64,000 nucleotides of DNA from Octopus sinensis (Eukaryota), in assembly GCF_006345805.1 (NCBI RefSeq), contig NC_042997.1, forward strand, positions 180,048,001 through 180,112,000. Reading direction: 5' to 3'. Made by a program: the position numbers and the translations under genes. Under the pieces are notes generated by a model that saw only the letters and a list, made by a program, of their open reading frames with translations, made no database searches and was not told where the DNA came from. Positions 27,937-41,340 of this stretch are shown one piece after another. How positions within the stretch are numbered: position 1 is the stretch's first letter; the number at the start of each line of letters is the position of its first letter.

Positions 27937-28410
27937 CTTATTATAAAAGGCAGATTTTATCTGCCTCCCTTTGTCTCTTATAGAAATCTACAATATAGGA
28001 TTTCTTCAATTACAATTTACCTAGCATTTTTAAGAGTAGAATGCATCGGGTTTTGCCAGGTCCGGTTTTTAAAATTTCAACCCCAATTAAGCAAAATTTA
28101 GAGAAAACTCACATTGTGGTGTATATGTCAAATGCTTCTCTTAGTTTGGGCTACAGCACACGCAAACGCACACACACAGTGTGCAACGAATAAACTGAAA
28201 CTAATTCACTGTGTGTGTGTTGACAGGTAGACAATAGAATGCGATGGCGATGGCGATGTAATAATTGTTTCTGTCTATGACGTTGATAGATACATGAGTA
28301 AAATGTATGGGAAGCTAAGAGATAAGAGTGAGTGAAAATGTTCTTGGAAGAGAGTAAATACCAAGAGAGTGATTTGAGGAAGACTTTACATTAAATAACC
28401 GTAGTGGCTT
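27936..28410 (+). mobile_element. Probable Helitron-like 5' fragment, third family
   Basis: Starts A|TCTTATTATAAAAGG, as Helitron 5' ends do. It shares TTAAATAACCGTAGTGG with the fragment at about 52241. No 3' hairpin or CTAG was found. Confidence 0.4.
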
Positions 28411-28439
28411 GTATATATATATATATATATATACATACA

Positions 28440-28690
28440 TAAGACAGTAAGGTGTGATTTGAGGGAGATTTGGCTGCTATTTCTGCCATGTAGGGGTCTC
28501 CCTCATAGGCTCATACATACATATATACATAGATAAGACAGTAAGGTGTGATTTGGGGGAAATTTGGCTGCTATTTCTACCAGGTCTAGCTACCATGTAG
28601 AGGTCCCCCTCATTGGCTCATATATATATACATACATAAGACAGTAAGGTGTGATTTGAGGGAGATTTGGCTGCTGTTTCTACCAGGTCT
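28440..28690 (+). repeat. Three tandem ~95-105 bp units
   Basis: TAAGACAGTAAGGTGTGATTTG(A/G)GGGA(G/A)ATTTGGCTGCT(A/G)TTTCT starts at about 28440, 28534 and 28637, separated by short TA/CATA runs. Confidence 0.9.
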
Positions 28691-28759
28691 GTTAGGCCTT
28701 CTCATGTAAACTCAAGCTTTCTCATGCCTTGAACATAAGACCACAGCAGAGAATGTATT

Positions 28760-28980
28760 CTTTTATTCTTCTGCTTTTCCAGCCATTGGTCTGTGGCCAT
28801 GCTGGGGCAATGCCTTGAATAATTGTAGTTTAATGAATCAACTCCAGTTTTATTTTTGTAAGCATTGTACTTATTCTATCTGTTTCCTTAGTCAAACCAC
28901 TAGGTGACAGGGATGTAAACAAACCAACATTCGTTGTCAAGCAGTGGTGGAGGACAATCACAAGCACAGACACGCACACA
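28760..28980 (-). mobile_element. 3' half of the tRNA-derived SINE
   Basis: The reverse complement is homologous to 7205-7407 (GCTTGACAAC...TTTACATCCC...ATAGAATAAGTAC...CCAGCATGGCCACA). Confidence 0.75.
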
Positions 28981-29012
28981 CACACACATACATGCATACA
29001 CATATACACACA

Positions 29013-29048
<36 letters not shown>

Positions 29049-29066
29049 TATGTGTGTATATATATA

Positions 29067-29389
29067 TTGCAGCGTGGAAGGTGTTTGTAAGCCATTTAAG
29101 AAACACACAAAAACCGTTAGATTCACTTCAAAATTTAAATTTAATTTGCCAAAATATTTTCCTCGCTTTGAGACCGCGACCTGTTCACTGACAAAAATAT
29201 CGTGCTAACAGGTCGCGGTCTCAAAGCGACGAAAATATTTTGGCAAATTAAATTTAAATGTTGAAGTGAATCTAACGGTTTTTGTGTGTTTCTTAAATGG
29301 CTTATAAACACCTTCAACGCTGCAACTGTTTTCGTTCCAGCACACGATCTCAGATCAAGTCACTTGCTATGCAAGTACATCTCTGTAAC
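29067..29389. mobile_element. Fold-back (head-to-head) dimer of a dispersed ~190 bp repeat
   Basis: Arms at 29067-29185 and 29207-29325 are near-perfect reverse complements with a 21 bp loop. The right copy runs on to 29389. A single monomer occurs at about 34556-34756. Confidence 0.9.
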
Positions 29390-29483
29390 TATATATATAT
29401 TTATATATATATATGTATATTGGTAAAAACAGTAAGATAACAAAAGAAAGAAAGAGACCTCAATATTATGTAAATAGAGGAAA

Positions 29484-29873
29484 TCTTTATATATAAAAGT
29501 GAGGTTGTGTGTCTCCTACGATTTAGATTCCTAACTACTCCCACATTTTGCGGTGCAGTTTAACCAAAACCGGGTATCTTATAGTCGTTATTCATATCGA
29601 GCCCGTCTGGGTATTAGCGCGCCTCTACGATGAGTCTACGATTTAAAAAAAAATTACCATCAATTTTTCCCATTTTTAATCCATTTTTGACATATATAAG
29701 GGAAGTAACTCTCTAAAATTTATTATTAAATCTCAGAACGTAAAAAGCTACAGTAACACCCCTCCCCCTTTGTGGTTAGCCATATTGAGATGGCTATTAT
29801 ACTTTACATCTCTAAAAATGCTTATATAATTATTTCCCTTACAAACCCGAGCAACGCCGGGCGATACTGCTAG
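29484..29873 (+). mobile_element. Non-autonomous Helitron, family A, both termini intact
   Basis: A|TCTTTATATATAAAAGTGAGG at the 5' end; a CCCGAGCAACGCCGGG hairpin (29846-29861), then CGATACTG-CTAG|T at the 3' end. It sits between A and T with no TSD, as expected for Helitrons. Confidence 0.88.
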
Positions 29874-30311
29874 TATATATATATATATATATATATAATA
29901 AATATATATATACATATATACATACATATATGTATATATGTATATACATATATCTATATATATACATATATATAAACATGTCTATAAACTTATATTTATG
30001 CTTGCATATACAAGAGCATACACATTCAATCTCTCTCGACTTCATGTATATGTATGTGTGTCTGTCTGTGTGTGTATGTGCGCGTGTGTTTGTGTGTATA
30101 TATATTTATATACACATATATTTATTTGTGTGAGTATGTATGATTATATAATTGTTATTGATGATAATTCCATACAAATTTAAATACTGTTACTTTGCTC
30201 TCATGCATGGTTACTATGTCAAAGTGAAATACTGGCTCTATTTTACTTTAAATTCAATTGTAATTGTATAGCTACCCTCTTTATTTGACAATACGAAAGG
30301 CACATATGATG

Positions 30312-30390
<79 letters not shown>

Positions 30391-31146
30391 ATGTATAACT
30401 ATTAATTTGGGGGTGTAAAAAAATGAGTGCGGTCTCTATCACGCTCTCTCCCAATCTAAATGTAAAAGTGTATATGTATTTTATATACACATACATACAT
30501 ACCTACACGTACAATCACAGACACTTACTGATATATGTACATTTGCGCCCGTTTGTGAGGGAATGTTTGTGTGTTTGCGTACGTGTGTGTGTGTGTGTGT
30601 GTGTGCGTGTGTGTGTGTGTGTGACGCAGATATGTGTATAGATGCACGTCAAACCAAACTATAAATATGTATAGAAATATTTGTCAGGTTAATGATAGAA
30701 ATTTTCTTTTGCTAAAGCTACTCTAAACGAATATGTATATAAATTACCCTACATTAACATTTCGAATATAAAATCAAATTTTCTTTGGAATTAAATTAGC
30801 AAATAACGAAGGACACATATTTCTAGAAAATTAATTTTTTCAAAGAAACTAGCACTATTTTCGAAAGACCTATAATTGTTAATCTAATAAAGCTTATTTT
30901 TTAGTATGATACTGAAAAACTCCGCATGGAATCTATTTGCTTTATTATTTCTCAGAATGTGACCTTTTTCATTACCAATGCAACATAGAACTCGACATTA
31001 TACCCCAGTTGTGAACTGTGTATTTATGCAACACTTCTCTGACGTAAACTGAAATCATCTTGCTTCAAGGTTCAAGTGGGGCTAATATCAAATATTTTTA
31101 CTCAAACATTAGGATTATTATACAACATAGACTTAACATAATGCAT

Positions 31147-31185
<39 letters not shown>

Positions 31186-31472
31186 AGGGACTTAACATAA
31201 TGCATACAGATAGGCGTCTTCATTGACATCTCTCTCATCAACGCTCCATATCTCAATGTAATAATACATTTATAGATATAGGCGTGGCTATGGGTTAAGA
31301 AGTTTGCATGTAAGCCACATGGTTAAGGATTCCTTCCCACTTCACAGCACCTTGGGCAAATGTGGTCTACTCTAGTCTCAGGCCGACTAAATCCTTCTGA
31401 AAAAATCTAGTAGACGGAAACTGAAAGAAACCCTATACATTTCTATATGTATTATATATATATTCTTATGTA

Positions 31473-31749
31473 TATAATTATACCATAATCATAATTAAGG
31501 GCTCAGAAATGTCTGCGCCTATACGCTAAAAGTAGATGTTAAATACCTACAATGCACTCTAAATTAGTTCTTTATATTAACCCTAGGTTGGATACGAGGT
31601 AATGGTCAAGAAGATTTATAAAATTTCGGATAATCCAACCTAGGTTTATAAACAGAGAACTAATTTAGAGTGGATTGTAGGACATCTACTTCTAGCGTAT
31701 AGGCTCTGGCATTCCAGAGCCTTTACTTATAATCATATTTTATAATTAT
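31473..31749. mobile_element. MITE-like or fold-back element with ~115 bp imperfect inverted arms
   Basis: 31473-31592 is a diverged reverse complement of 31634-31749 (CCTATACGCTA.AAGTAGATGT...CACTCTAAATTAGTTCT...CCTAGGTTGGA). Confidence 0.75.
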
Positions 31750-31799
31750 GACTTAATGTATGTATGTATATATATATATATATATATAATATATATATA

Positions 31800-31837
<38 letters not shown>

Positions 31838-32731
31838 CAACAATTGAGGGCAAAATTAATTAATTATTAATCAATTTCACCAAGTGTTCAGTATGCAAAG
31901 GGACCATTCAAGGCGAATTCAAATTATTACATTATATAAAAGGGCTTAGTAAAATAAATTACTTTGCCGCATACTGAACTCATTAGAAATAGCAGCTAAA
32001 AAACTTTTTTAAGGCTATTTCTAATACTTAAAGAAAATCTCTCTCATATATAGTGTTTGCTTAATTCAACTCACAAAAGTTTGGGGGTAAGGACATCGAA
32101 AAATCAAATGCTAAGGTTATTCGAGAACGTACGTTTCAAGATTAGTCAAAACATTAATTTTGCCCTCAATTGTTGAAATTATAATTAATCTCCCTCTGAT
32201 TAATGCTTCGGATTTTACCGAAATAAGCATAGTGTTTGATGATTTTAACCCACGCTGGTGGAAAGGGGAGAACAGAGATTCTTCGCTTGCTTATTTTGAA
32301 TTTGTTGGCACTGTTAGTTGGGAGCAGATCTTCGAAAGGGTATGTTCTTATTTTCAGTGTTTCCAAATCCAAACCAAGGAATTTCTGAGCCGATGATAGA
32401 AATGTTGTTTTGACTAATCTTGAAACGTACGTTCTCGAATAACCTTAGCATTTGATTTTTCGATGTCCTTACCCCCAAACTTTTGTGAGTTGAATTAAGC
32501 AAACACTATATATGAGAGAGATTTTCTTTAAGTATTAGAAATAGCCTTAAAAAAGTTTTTTAGCTGCTATTTCTAATGAGTTCAGTATGCGGCAAAGTAA
32601 TTTATTTTACTAAGCCCTTTTATATAATGTAATAATTTGAATTCGCCTTGAATGGTCCCTTTGCATACTGAACACTTGGTGAAATTGATTAATAATTAAT
32701 TAATTTTGCCCTCAATTGTTGAAATATATAT

Positions 32732-32788
<57 letters not shown>

Positions 32789-32956
32789 CATACATTAAGT
32801 TCATAATTATAAAATATGATTATAAGTAAAGGCTCTGGAATGCCAGAGCCTATACGCTAGAAGTAGATGTCCTACAATCCACTCTAAATTAGTTCTCTGT
32901 TTATAAACCTAGGTTGGATTATCCGAAATTTTATAAATCTTCTTGACCATTACCTC

Positions 32957-32960
<4 letters not shown>
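31592..32960. repeat. Near-perfect long inverted repeat: ~555 bp arms (31592-32153, 32406-32960) with a ~250 bp spacer
   Basis: The arms are reverse-complement identical by eye apart from the embedded TA-tract length and about one indel. The ends are ATACGAGGTAATGGTCAAGA and TCTTGACCATTACCTCGTAT. Confidence 0.95.
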
Positions 32961-33000
<40 letters not shown>

Positions 33001-33827
33001 TTATATATATATGTGTGTGTGTGTGTGTTTGTCCCTCCATCACCGCTTGAAAATATGTGTTGGTATGTTTATGTCCCCATTAACCTAGCAGTTCGGCAAT
33101 GATACCGATAGGGACAGTACTACGTTCTAAAATGTAAATCCCTTAAAGAGTGTGCCCCAATATGGCCGCACTCAAATGATTGAAACATGTAACAGAATAC
33201 TGAATACATGAATATAAGTATACGTGTGTGTGTGCGAGCGTGTGTGTGTGCGCGCGTGCGTTTGTGTGTATGTGTGTGCGTGTTTGTTTGCTTGCATGTA
33301 CGTATGTCTGTATATCTGTATATTACACTTGAGATATTAGATTTTACAAAAAATATATATATAGCTGTAGCACATTTCAGTCTGTTTGAAATTTCAACAT
33401 TTCTTGTGTTCTGAATACACAAGAATCGAAAGCACTACCAATGAAAGGGAATCATATCTGTTACACGCTTGAATGTTTCTCTACGTGCAAGGTCACAACT
33501 TAATACTTTCCTCTGTTAAGTTATATATATGAACATATGTTTTGCTGTTCACTAAAGAAGATTAGATCGAATAAACATATTTTAAAATTTAGTCCTTCAT
33601 ACCATTTATTAATTATTTGTAATTAAACTTACTACATTCAGAAGTGCAATATTTAGTGAGATTTGAATGCCGACTATATGAGATTGATATATCACGTTTT
33701 AGATTCTTTGTTGGGAAATGATAGCACAATGTGGCATACGTTCATGTAAAGGAAAAATAAACACATACAATTTTACACACTACATACAGGTGTGCACATA
33801 TGACAGTCACAGATATGATATATCATA

Positions 33828-33874
<47 letters not shown>

Positions 33875-34555
33875 GTTGGTGTCTGAGTTTATATGGGCGT
33901 ACATTTCTTTTATATATATTTTTTATAGATATGTACGTGTCTTTGTTTGTGTATACATTAACGACACCCGTAAATATTTTCACTAAAGCAGAGAATAACA
34001 TTTCAACAGTAAGAATATATGAAACCCCTGAACCATGACCAGTAACCACTGAACAGTAACAAAAACAATCATCCCAAACAAAGCAAATTCAGAAATCAAT
34101 TTTAATTTCAGCTTCGTAAGCGACAAAGATATATATACAAGACGCATGATATAACTTAAATGAACCGAAAACAGAAAAATAAACAAAGATAACAGAAATT
34201 AAACGTACATTAAAGAAAACATAAACATACGAAAACATTGAAAACAAGGAAGCGCAATGAAACACGACAGGCCAATCACTGGAGTCTTAGTAAACACACA
34301 GAATTTTAAAATACGCTATAAAATCAAAGATACTTTCGTAAAATATACGACATATAACAATAACGAAATTGATAAACAATAACGAAATTGATAAACAAGA
34401 ACATGATTTTAAAAAGAACATGAAACAATTAAGTTATATATAAACGAAAGCAATAAATTAATAAATCTTAGGGTAGCCAAAAAAATTTTAGAAAACATTT
34501 TTTGCTACCACTGGTCTAGCGAGAAGGTAAAATTAGTCAATAGACTATTTATTAT

Positions 34556-34756
34556 TACGGAGATGTACTCGCATAGCAAGTAATTTGATCTGAGATCGTG
34601 TGCTGAAACGAAAACAATTGCAGCGTGGAAGGTGTTTATAAGCCATTTAAGAAACACACAAAAGCCGTTCGATTCACTTCAACATTTAAGTTTAATTTGT
34701 CAAAATATTTTCGTCGCTAAAATCCGCGAACTGTTCACTGACAAAGTCCGTGCTGC
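34556..34756 (+). mobile_element. Monomer of the dispersed repeat that forms the fold-back at 29067
   Basis: AGATGTACTCGCATAGCAAG...TGCAGCGTGGAAGGTGTTTATAAGCC...CTGTTCACTGACAAAG. Confidence 0.85.
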
Positions 34757-35274
34757 ATTATTATTATTTTTTACTATATTATTATATTATATTTTATTAT
34801 ATTATATTTTTATTATTATTTTTTAAAGAAAGACAATAGGTAGGATATGAACCAACATCCTTGTTTATACAATAAACATAAATAAGAATTAAAGAAATCT
34901 CCTTAGAACATCGCAGATTCGGCTAACTTGGATCCCAAGTCAAAGAAATTGATACAAAACAAATTCATAACAAATGTTGAATTTTGCAGGAAAAGTAGAT
35001 CATGCGAGAATATATATGTATGTTGAGTGAGTTTTTGCGCGTGTGTTCATGATATAGACAAGTGTTCTCGCCTTAAGTAAGTAAAATGGTTGCGCATTTT
35101 TCATAATCTCATTTGGTTTTTATAATCTCTTTTGACGCTCGAACTTTATCTACTTCTATACTTCTAACATGAAACGTGACGATGTGATGGAGATGAAAGA
35201 AACAAGAAAAGGAGTAATAAAATTATTACGTCGCCTATATTTTGCCTGATTCTCTACATGCACTCATATCTATA

Positions 35275-35308
<34 letters not shown>

Positions 35309-37210
35309 TGTGCGTATTTATGTATGTGTGTATCATTTGAATGTGTGGGCTTTTTGTCTGTATAAATGTAATTATATACATATTGCGTTGGAGTGTTTGC
35401 GTGGATGTACTTCTAAGAGTGCCAATACTTGCGTTCTATATTATTGATCATAATGTAGCCACGTTAGCCACGCAAGGATGATCTATTTCGAAGTACGTGA
35501 TAGAGAGCGTGTATATGATTTCAACCAAGTGTCCTTCAGAATGTGTATATAGATATATCATTCGTGTGTGATTCATTTTTTTATATTTACATGATCATTA
35601 CTGTATCATAAAATCTACGTTAATTGGAGAATATAGGTTTCATATACAAATAGAAGGACGATAATAAGCACTAAGTGTCAGGTTCCAAGTTATAATCATA
35701 TGAAAAACGCAAATGCAGACACTCATACATTCGCACTCGCAGACACACTCAGAAGTACACACTCATTCGTGTAAGCAGGAATATTTAGAGATATATTCAA
35801 TTTAGTATATGAGTGCATACGTGCATCTAGACAGATTAATGTTTAGTCTTATATGAAGCTATATGTAAAAAGGTGACATTATCTTCAGGGATCAAACGAT
35901 GCTTATTTCATACATAGAGTACATATTTACTATGTTTTTTTGTCTTTTTTTTTATGGAAACGATTGCCAGTGACTTCGATGTTTCGGTTTACTCACCGTC
36001 ATTCGACTATGATTTTCCTTGCTTTTCCTGAATGTGTATATAAATATATATACACACAAACACACCCGCACATACACACACAGACAGACACACATACATA
36101 TACATGAAGTCGAGGGAGATTGAATGTGTATGCTCTTGTATATGCAAGCATAAATATAAGTTTAAAGACATGTTTATATATATGTATATATATAGATATA
36201 TGTATATACATATATACATATATGTATGTATATATGTATATATATATATTTATTATATATATATATATATATATATATCAATTTATCAATTTAGGGTAGC
36301 AAAAAATTCAATAGAAATTATTTTGCCACCAGCGGTCTAGTGAGAAAGAGGAAATAGTCAGAGACTATGAATAAATTCAACAACAATTGAGGAACGTTTT
36401 CCCCAAATTTAAAGAACAAAATCCCTAGTGCGTACTATATACGAGGTTAAAAATGAAAAATATTTTCTAAGCAATATCCGAGTCTCTATTTGCTATCCGG
36501 CAATATTTATTCAGACGCATTTTGTGATGTCGTGAGCGAAAATACCTTAAGCTAAGCCCCAAAGCAATGAAGAATCATCTATAAATTGCAGGAAGCAACA
36601 TTTATTAAAATAAAAGTATTCAGAAAACAGAATAGCATGTAACAGAGACAATTTGCAAACATATTTACATTCCCATATAACAGTTAAGAACATCACATCA
36701 TTGTATTACGCACGCGCGGAAGTGTTTGTTCGACTAGCTGCTGCTGGTTTAATTACGCATGATTCAAGTTAGAGAAAGGGTATGTATTATACACAAGGTT
36801 TCGGTTCTTCAGTGGTACACTCCCCTAAAAATCCTCTGCGTATGATACTCGGACTATACTCGAGGATTTACGGTACGTAAATAGTAATTTACACGTTATT
36901 CAAGCATGAATTGAAGAATTGCAAATGTTGTATGACGTTTCTTAACGTTCTTATGTTGCATTGTTTACCCTTCATTAAATATGGCAGCTCAAACGAAACG
37001 AGAATAAAGTTTAGTACTGAAAATGGCAGGTAAAAAGAATGGTGAAGTTGTAAACAGTTGAGAAATAATTAAGAGCTATGGTGAAAGCAAAGGTTGGACA
37101 TTTTGAAATGTAAATCTATGTGAAATATTGTCAATAATTATAATAATCAGCCTGTAAACTTTCATTAACGATAACCTAAAACATTTTATTTCATTATAAA
37201 ATGAACAATG

Positions 37211-37251
<41 letters not shown>

Positions 37252-38225
37252 GTGTGTGTGTATGTATGTGTAAAGAGAGAGAAAGAGAGAGAGAGAGATT
37301 TTGGCAGGGATTTCTTTGGAAGGTTTGGAAAAGAGCAGCAACATTATTTATGATGTAGGCAAATACAAAATGGTCGTCAAAAAAAAAGACAAAGTATATG
37401 TTTGTCACGAGTGGGGAGAAAGAAAAGAATGATGAAGACAATTTGATAGAAGAAGCCTAAATCACGCGTAATTTACAGGAACCTTCAATCCAAAATTATA
37501 AAACTAAAATAAACACAGACTGGTAAGAGGACATTCGCTAAAGCTTCATATTCACAGTCGAATCATTATATATTTCTACAGACATATACGTATGTATAGA
37601 GAGATTGATGAAGGAAAGGAAAGTCGGATGTGTATACATGTGTGTTGAATGTAAGAATTAACCATCAGGAGAAATACGGTGTAGGCAAATAATTTTATAG
37701 AAAAGCGTATATCTAAACTGACATCTTTTTTTCCTTTACTATAATTTTCAAGGCAACTCAATGAAGAAGTAATTCAGGTGATTCCTTTGATTTTTACATA
37801 TTTTGTAGTTCTTTTGTACAGGACTACTCATTTTCCTTGAACTTGACTACTCATTTTCCCTGTTAAATGTTACTTCACTGTGAATTTTTTTATGGGTGAC
37901 TTTCGTTTGTTTTATTAGTCTGGTCGGTTATTATTTCCTAATTCTAATTCAGTTTCTAATACATATTTTCTTGGCGTGGCTGTACTTCTAAGAATGCAAT
38001 TTCTGTTCGCGAGCCAGGTATTTTTGTTGCGTTCCAAATTAGTAAATGAAATAGCAAACGTGAGAAACGGACCAATGAAAATTATATATACGAACAGAAT
38101 AACAAACCCTCTCCCAAACGTTATGAGAAATACAGAAAGTAAAGCATAGTTCAGCTACAATGGCGTGAACATCACTAAATGAATAAATCTCGTTAATTGT
38201 ATATATATATATCTATATATATATA

Positions 38226-38272
<47 letters not shown>

Positions 38273-38444
38273 TATATACTTCATAATTAGGGTTCAGCAA
38301 CGGTTTGCCTTACCACATACCGAAGTTTAGAAATAGCAGCCAAAAACCTTAGCTATTTCTTCTACTTTAAAAAGTGACTCCCAGAAAAAACAAACTACTT
38401 GAAAACAATCGACACTGGCAGAGAGAAAAAGTAACGAAGAACAA

Positions 38445-38813
<369 letters not shown>

Positions 38814-38899
38814 TCTGAACTCACTCGGATCGTTACTATGTATACTTTACTCGGACCAGTCTATTTATCGCAAGGGGGCGTCGTAACTCTAATCATATC

Positions 38900-38936
<37 letters not shown>

Positions 38937-40169
38937 TGTATGTATATGTGTGTGTAGCACTTTGTATTGGAATCCTTTGTTCAAATGCGTTTTCCTTGGC
39001 CATATTTTGTTATCTCTAACTGTGCAAATACTCTACATTATCCGGTCTCTTCTTCAAATATTGACGGACGATTGCATCTAAGTTGAAGAGTATTTGCCTT
39101 CCCTTTGTTGAATATGAAATGATTTCACCAACGAGAACCAGCATTTACTGTCCGTGCGTTTATTTTTGTGTGGAAACATACATGAATTTATTCTAATACG
39201 TAATGCTATTTAAGTGAATTAAAGTATATGAATGTATACGTCGTTTAAATGCATTATACCTCTGTACTATGGCATTAATTTCGTATGTTTAACTTTGTAT
39301 TTTTGCTTTTGTAATGAATATATTTAATGTCTAAATATCCGTGTTCTTTCTTGTTTGTTCCGAATTGTTTCGCTATCATCTGAAAGTATTTTCTATTTTC
39401 TATATATAGAGCTATTCATTGGTTAATATTAAATAAAATTGGTTAATATTAATATCATTAAAAATAATAATTCCAGAAAAATGAAACAGAAACAATGTGT
39501 GCAATTGAACGGAGGGCAATAATGCTGCTATTATAATGAAAATACGTCGGGAAACCTATGAACGATTGCCATAATGTAACTGACATGATGTTACAGGTAT
39601 TCAGAACCATTGAACTTACACGTATGAAAATGATACAGGCAATCAATAATTGTAACTAGCTGTGCAAAATATGAACGTGTATCCTCTAAGATAATGCATA
39701 AAGCCACTCTACATCAGATGCTGATTTCATCGGAAACAAGATGTTTGATCTCGCCATTGAAAAAGATAATTTACCTAGCAACAGTAACATACCGCTTATT
39801 GCTTTAATTAACGTGAAAGTATTGAGAGCTCGGGAAATATTAATTAGCTGGCTTATCTAGATGCCTTTTATCGTGGAAATCGTAAAAGGCTTGAAAACTG
39901 TTGTTTTAGAACTGTAAGGGTCCTTTACATAATTGCAGAATGCAGGAGGCTCTTGTGTTATGAGATATGGTATTGAGATATCTCTGGAATAACATTATTT
40001 TAGACAAAAAAAAAAATTATCCAATTTGCGGTTCTGAAACTATATATATTCTTCTCCCAAGCACACGGTTTATCGCATTATTATATATATCTGACGAGAA
40101 AGAAAATACTGCTCTTTTATTCAATGTATACCGTCCTTAAACATCAGCAATAGTCTTTAGAACAGGTGG

Positions 40170-40235
<66 letters not shown>

Positions 40236-40300
40236 TATATGAATGTATATATATATATATACACACACATGTATATATATGTATATACATATATATCGAC

Positions 40301-40343
<43 letters not shown>

Positions 40344-40984
40344 GCATATCATCTACACGATTAATTATATATTCTGCCGATGTACAAGTATATGTTAGCG
40401 AATTTTATCTGTCATCCAAAAAATATAACGTTCTTGTTTGACATAGGTACAACAATATATCAAAAGCTTGATAACAATCAATTTTATCTTCGCGCTCACA
40501 AAAGAGCATTATATAAACATTGAGAATACTAAAATATATTAGCTATTCTTTATCTTACTACAAAAATACATACGCACATACATATATATACATATGCACA
40601 CGCATATATACATTTATCCATGAACTCATCCATATATACATACAAACCACCCAGACATCTATACATACATACATACATACATATGTAAATCTATATATCT
40701 GTAAATGCAAGTGGGTATTATATTTTGAAGCGAAAGAAATTCCACAAAGACGTAAAAAATTATTTAATACGTATTGTCGAGTATAATACTTGTTTAATAT
40801 ACCATTACTATGAGAAAAAGCAGATAGAGGGAAAATGCTCAGTTGCAGCCTCTGCAAAACAAGTAATCTAACTGAACAGCATGTAACCTAACAACGTATG
40901 TATGTGGGTTGATGTGAATAGATCTGTGTGTCAAGGTAAACTGCACTATTTTCAGTTACACACCCACTGGCTCACACATACGCA

Positions 40985-41245
40985 CAGACATTCCAGCCAG
41001 TTGCCTGCACTTCCTGGTAATGTGCACTTGGAAAGAGGTATCATCACTCATGTCGATGCCCAGGTCCCTCACTGATTTAGGCTTTCGGATTCCCCTGTGG
41101 ACCAGTTTCCCCGTAAGTTTTACATTCAGTTTTGGACTCTGGTAGCGCAGGTCTTGGAATTTTTCAACATTAGACTGTATAAAATATCCCACAGCCAATC
41201 TGTAAATTGAGTCCACCTCATAGTGCAGGTGTGCAGCATAGCTGG
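40985..41245 (-). mobile_element. CR1/L2-group LINE RT fragment
   Basis: LHYEVDSIYRLAVGYFIQSNVEKFQDLRY...VRDLGIDMSDDTSFQVHITRKCRQLAG resembles LQxDLxxIYxWxxxNxMxFNxxKF...VRDLGIxMSDD of CR1-like RTs. Confidence 0.75.
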
Positions 41246-41246
41246 G

Positions 41247-41286
<40 letters not shown>

Positions 41287-41340
41287 TATATATATTTATC
41301 TGTGTTTGTGTTTGTGTATTTACAGTATATATATATATAA

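Larger units (their letters stand above)
31278..33195 (+). mobile_element. Decayed tRNA-derived SINE split by a ~1.5 kb insertion (5' half about 31278-31435, 3' half about 33025-33195)
   Basis: The 5' half GGCGTGGCTATGGGTTAAGAAG...GACGGAAACTGAAAGAAACCC and the 3' half GTTTGTCCCTCCATCACCGCTTG...TGATTGAAACATG are collinear with the intact SINE at 7024. Confidence 0.75.
29874..36278. repeat. Dispersed inverted duplication, 29874-30118 versus 36032-36278
   Basis: The non-microsatellite core AAACATGTCT(A/T)TAAACTTATATTTATGCTTGCATATACAAGAGCATACACATTCAATCTC(T/C)CTCGACTTCATG differs at only about 3 positions between copies. Confidence 0.9.

Noticed and set aside
28440-28690. CRISPR-like repeat-spacer appearance
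   Set aside because: There are only three units, the 'spacers' are homologous to each other or are microsatellite, the context is eukaryotic, and there are no cas genes.
33990-34450. Strongly A-skewed segment with a 19-21 bp tandem duplication, resembling the A-rich PLE interior at 24.8-25.4 kb
   Set aside because: The similarity is only compositional; I found no alignable or coding motif.
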